From the NCBI GenBank assembly GCA_973895155.1, contig OZ316895.1, positions 9,536,184-9,600,183 of the forward strand: a stretch of DNA of 64,000 nt, given 5' to 3'. Below are positions 58,801-64,000 of this stretch, one piece after another. This stretch comes from Marsupella aquatica. Its lineage: Eukaryota > Plantae > Marchantiophyta. Each line of letters begins with the position of its first letter. The first letter of the stretch is position 1. A program made the translations under genes and the position numbers. Below the pieces are notes generated by a model. The model saw nothing but the letters and a program-made list of their open reading frames with translations. It made no database searches and was not told where the DNA came from.

Positions 58801-59130
58801 CTGTCTGCTTGCCCCCAGCTGTGGTCAGTACTGTCTTAGTGGACCGCAAGCTCACCAAGGGACAATAAGTAATTCCAGTAGAGCGCATTTGCAACTCTAC
58901 TCCCAAGCTGATAATCCAAGTCAAACAATTCAAATCCATTGCTTGACCAAGAACCTGGTGCCGCAAACCCGCAAACCCTCTGACATAGAGGCAACTGCAG
59001 TGGTGCCAGTCAAAACTCCCATAGCACGCTCTCTCTCATCAGCAGTAAGTTCCACTAACTGCTGGAGAGCTGTGTCCCCTGGGCCCTCACTCCTAGTAAA
59101 TTAAGTGAACCCCCCTGAGATCAAGCCTCC
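55872..59130 (-). pseudogene. Degenerate pol (RT, RNase H, integrase) of the PHD-finger Gypsy element
   Basis: PYRYS, SSLDLRARYHQ, YSSYEGECLAAVWA, WSLDFAGPLP, LTDQ and ADGLAERVV, with many frameshifts. Confidence 0.85.
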
Positions 59131-60286
59131 CCCTAGTACCCCTTGTTAGAATTTTTTGGACTTTTCATATTTCCCTTGTTAGTTATAAATTTATGTTTTC
59201 ATTGAATAATTTGAGCCCTTTGAATTCTTATAATTTAGTGAAAAAATGAATTTATAACACCCTTCATTCATTAGTAAAAAAATCGCCACCATACATCAAA
59301 CGCATGATTGAAGTACTGAGAGTAGGGTTTTTATTAGTGGCATACTTATTGCCACTAGGATACAGCCTTGTGGCAATAACAAAAGTGTAATTGATGCCTT
59401 CCTCATATATGGAGGACTTTTGTTACTACCTATACTACTACCTATAATACTGGTTGGATAGCTAAGAGCTCCATTGCAATCCCCTCAGAAACACTGGAGC
59501 TAAGCAGGTGCTACACTAAGAGGCATGGAACCTATGCACATTGATAGGCACAGAACAATACTCAAAACACTAATCATCAGCTTCATGAATAGAATAATAT
59601 TGTACAGGCCCCAATACAGGCCAAAATATGTAATCAAGAAAAGCAGCAGGCACGCCTGTTGCCATAATATTGGACTCCTCAATTTCATCAGTACTCATTT
59701 TTGGACAAGATTCAGCCGCCTGCTCAGGCTTCACAGGATCACTTGAGAAACAAACATCATCACCACAGCAACTCATGACTACACTGCCATTGAGGCCCTG
59801 CATTCGGCTCCCCTTCCTCGCGCGAGCTCTTCACTGAATTATCACCAAGCTGCACTTCTACTTCCTCCTTGACTGAGTTCATCCCAGGATCAGAGGCAGA
59901 TGTCCTCTTCATTCTTGCATTAAGGTCTCGGAGTATCATAGGCTGCCTTCTGCAATGTACTGAAGGCCGCACAGGAGGGTAAGCTCTCCTAATGTGGACC
60001 TTTCTCATGACAAATCGTGATGATCCCATTATTTCACAACAACCTGAGACCCGGGCTGCACCAACTCTGATGGTACAATGTTGCACGCTATGATTTGGAT
60101 TTACCTGACCCAACAGTAGATCACCAAAACACATATCAATAGCAATAGCACTCATATGGGTAATATGTACTTGAGTAAGAGGCTCATAAATATCACTAGC
60201 TACATGTCATTCAAATGTACAGAACAGACTAACTAAAATTAACAAACGGATAGAAGTATGAAAGGTAAGTGCTTACCGAAAATGAA

Positions 60287-62879
60287 TTAAACTATTCTAT
60301 TCTTTACAAAATCGTCAAGAGCTATTACATCATCATGATGTAATATGAAGATTTTTGGGTACAATGGATCTACAGTAAAGCTCACTGTTGAAATGATAGC
60401 CTCCAATGGAATGCTGCTAGGATCGCACATATCATACTTAAACTTACACCCAGTTGCCCCGATTGGAGTAAACCAATTGAACCTCACTTCACAACATGAT
60501 TCAGTACCAGGCCTATCAAGCAAATCCAATGCTTCCCTTGATCTTCCTATCTTGTTCCCATATTTCCTGTGGATGCTTTGGACTCATCCAATCCACCACT
60601 TATATTTCACTCCTGTAACTGAAGTCACTGTGACAGCTTCACCTCTAGGCCTTTTAGAATCGGTTGACTTCTTGGCATGCCCCTTCCCTTTCATTGCTCA
60701 AGCTATGGCCTCTGTATTTCGAGTGGTTCTACCCTGAGGAGTGTCATCAACAAAAAATACTCCACAGTCACTTCCAACTGTCATAAACATGGATGGAGAT
60801 CCTTCACGCACATTTGGTTTATCCACTAAATTGTTGAAATAGATACTCTGCTTCACTCGAGTGAGACGGTCCTTACTAAGGTGTGGGTTGCCCACTAATT
60901 GGCTCACCAGGGTACTTTTGTAGATACTCTTGTCTTTGTAAGATACTGTTGGTTTAAACTCCTGTCTAGGGGCACCATACACCAAGTCAGAATGCATTGC
61001 ATCCATGGTAACCTCAATTGCAGCGCCAGCATCCACTACCTCTGGATCTAAAAACATGGCAATCTCCTCATGAGTCTGTTCCATTGGGACAACAGGCTGT
61101 ACTAATGGTGGTGGTTCATCATCCAAACCTTCATCCACATCAACTAATGACTCAACATTCACATCACACCATCCACCATACTTAGCCCCTTTCGCCTCAG
61201 TCGTCCAAGGTGAAGTCCACCACACCTTGTCCCTGGCCGATGTGGAAGGGTTCATTTGACACTCAGTTGCAATACTCTGGGCCAATACCAACCCATCCTG
61301 CAAAGCAATGATAACCTCTGCATTTGTTTTGATTCCTGTATAATTTGCTTGATCTGCTATTGCATCAACCCCAGTTTCTATTGGGTGCAGTCCCATCCAA
61401 ATGGTTGAGTGTTTTTTATGACTCTTCCCCACACCCATAATTCCTTCGGTCAAATCCATTGCAGCCAACCGGTTCAGATTAGTAGCACATTCCACCAATT
61501 CTGATATGTCATAGCTTCGCTCATTGCCCCTCATGCCCCCAACTTTGGAAAAAAACTGCTCACAAGAATCTGACCCAGTCAAATGCAAGGGTACAGGTAG
61601 ATCTCGGAATTTGTCCCTGAATTGGATTATCAAAAGAACAACAAAATGCACTGACATTTGAATGTCAAGGAATGTCTGCATGGGGATACAGCTATGGGTG
61701 AAGGTGATAGGGTGTGTGTTACCCCCAACTGAGTGGTTCCCATGAAAACACCACAGACGCCAAAGCCTGAAAAAGAATCCCACCTTCCCACAGAGAACAA
61801 TCCTCTCGCGCAAACTGAGCCGAGTGTTAAGAAAAATGTCCAAATAATCCGCACATATCCTAATGTACACCTCTGTCCCAAGTGTAAGCTCAACCCTAGC
61901 ATCTGCTCTGTCTCGTAGCAGTCTCAAAGAATTACTGACTTTACGACTACAAAGTCGTTGTGCACTTGCCCAATTCTGCCGATCTCTGCGACGTATGTCC
62001 TCTTTGTTCAAGCCATGCTGAGCCACCTCATATAACTCCTCTAAGTGTATCAAGTGACTTATGGTTGCAACACCTGCTCCCAGTTTCAAAATCCTGGCAC
62101 TTGAATCAAGTGGGTTCACTAGCTTCTTCCCATTATGGATATAATCTTGATCATGGAGTCCTACAGCATAGCCTCTAGAGGCATGGGCAGTAGTCGTAAT
62201 CGAGTGAGTCAGCTGCCAACCTTCCCAACCCAGGTTTTGCCTTGGCCCCTCAATCCCTCTCCCACTATAATCCTCCAACATAAGCTTTCTCCTTCGTGAA
62301 TCCCCATCACTGGCATGTCCCAATAGAGGGCCCACCGATTCCAGGCAATGAGTTGTCCAGAGAGATTCCACTTTGTCCCACTGGCGCCTGACCCAAGGGG
62401 CATCAAACTTATTACATGTTATATCGCCCATTACAGCCAAGTGAGGAAGCCCTACAACCAATGGATTGACCATGATACACCTTGCTAGGTTCCCTACACG
62501 GAAATTCTCAAAAGAATCGACGATGGCAGTAAACCCAGCTTCTCCCTCCCCCACCTTCACCTCCAAGCCTGCTACACATTGGTGGCCTTCAGTTCTCTTC
62601 CCACAAAACCCAATAAGAGTATCATGTTTTGGCAGCCATCTGCAAACGTAAGGTGAAGGACTTTTTAGGTTGCTGCCTTTTTGGTGTACATATTCAAATA
62701 TACAACAGCAGGTACATCAACCCAAAGGTTATGAAGTGAGATAGTAATTACCTCACGGTTTTTTTCACTACAGTCTCATCCTCTGCCATAAAACAGGGAA
62801 TCGGTCCACATATGCCAAGTCGATCCTTTAATTGTGAGTACACTTTGGTGATGAACTTGAATTGAGACGCATGAATTCC
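60287..62879 (-). pseudogene. P-element/THAP9-like DDE transposase, interrupted at its 5' end by an LTR
   Basis: AEDET (upstream exon, intron ~62752-62640), GHASDGD, DYIHNGKKLVN, DRQN and GSDSCEQFFS parallel the P-family FDE, SD, DxxHxxKxxRN, DKM and QDxLExxF motifs. Confidence 0.6.
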
Positions 62880-64000
62880 TGTGGTGCGTCCCACGGCTCC
62901 CTAAACCCAAGAAACCCCCCAGCTCAAGCCGATTCCCGCAGGTTTCGCGCTTGGCAAGGCCGTTTCCGCGGCTTAGCGGCATGGGACGCTGCTAACCTTC
63001 TACTATTACTATTAACATTTTACACACATATACTGGACAGATCCTTCATCGGATCATGAGATACGTAGCCGGCCTAATCTAGGCCTTCCCCTGTCTTCCC
63101 CTCCGTCTTGTTAGGTATGTTTGGATTCCGCCGCCGGAATGATCCCCAATAGGCTTGGTTAAGCCGCTAAGACCTCTCTCAGCTCGACACATCCAACTCT
63201 CACTCCCCTGCTTACTTTCCTTCCTTATTGGTTGATGTGGGCACTCTTCACACAAGTTAATGCGACACACAAATAGCAAAATGACTCATTCTGACTGAGT
63301 CATACCATGCACTTGCCATACAAACAGTACATCTCATACACAAGTTCTGCGAACTAAGCCGTGAGGCCAACTCTATTCAGCTCTTAGGCATGAGGAAACA
63401 TGAATATACACAAGGGTCACTGTATGACTAACCGAGAGCTTCTCGTACTACTTGATCCCAGCCCGGCTGGTGCAAACTAAAAACTTGCTAAAGAAGAGGC
63501 CCTGAGCTCCCCGCTGCCCAGGTACTTATCCTGGTAGTGGATCCGCCATTCTTTGCATCGTAAGCCTAATCTACCTAACAGTAATCTACTTGCCCGAATC
63601 TACCTATGTACAGCAAGGCAGGAGCACAAGTGTTGCTCCTACCAGTGGAACCGCAATCCCACTAAGCTAAGTGTCAGGGCCGCTCCTGGTCCTGATCCTA
63701 ATCCTAAACTTGGAGATCAGCGCCCGCCCTGCCCACTCACGCCTCCTCCCTCCACATCCGCCCTCCCTAAAAGGAACGGCGCCCCTGCACCGTCACGACA
63801 CCGGTGGTGGATCCTTAATGGACGCCCCCAACGCTTCCTCCTCAGCCACTGCCGTAGGCTCATTCCCTGACAGATTACCTGCCCTTGACTGAGTCAATTC
63901 TCCCTCGGCCTGACTGGGTCCACCATCGGCGTCGGCATCGGCTTGGGAATCGGTTACGGCCTCAGCCTCGGCTACGGTCTCCCCGGCCTGCTCAAGAGGC
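62880..64000 (-). mobile_element. Third, more diverged copy of the giant LTR (3' end), running off the window
   Basis: Reverse complement of ~24600-25689, ending CGCACCACA. It is not followed by the PBS, so it is a 3' or solo LTR. Confidence 0.9.

Noticed and set aside
59500-60155. Short ORFs downstream of the P-like transposase
   Set aside because: They are fragmentary with no recognisable domain, and the element boundary could not be fixed.

Overview
Eukaryotic nuclear DNA from a land plant, probably a non-seed plant such as a bryophyte or lycophyte (inferred from the TE types). The first ~14.5 kb contains a Replitron-like HUH endonuclease ORF with an upstream tandem array, a probable MITE, an intron-containing Lhcb gene, an intronless bacterial-type AhpD/CMD gene and a 6-exon aldo-keto reductase. 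The rest is a nested transposon stack that can be reconstructed from target-site duplications (TSDs). An old PHD-finger Gypsy element carries a CACTA insertion and a probable solo LTR. That LTR holds a chromovirus with AGT...ACT termini, which in turn holds two insertions. One is a young Gypsy element whose 4.6-kb LTRs each encode a 1113-aa protein and which has a -1 frameshift signal. The other is an 11.7-kb Mutator-like element with a divergent ParB-like/amino-DNA-methyltransferase-like gene and about 20 copies of the palindrome TAGCGCCNGGCGCTA in its non-coding DNA; this is the best candidate for an undescribed system. A P-element-like transposase, interrupted by a third giant-LTR copy, ends the window. 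All domain calls come from motif recognition by eye, not database searches.
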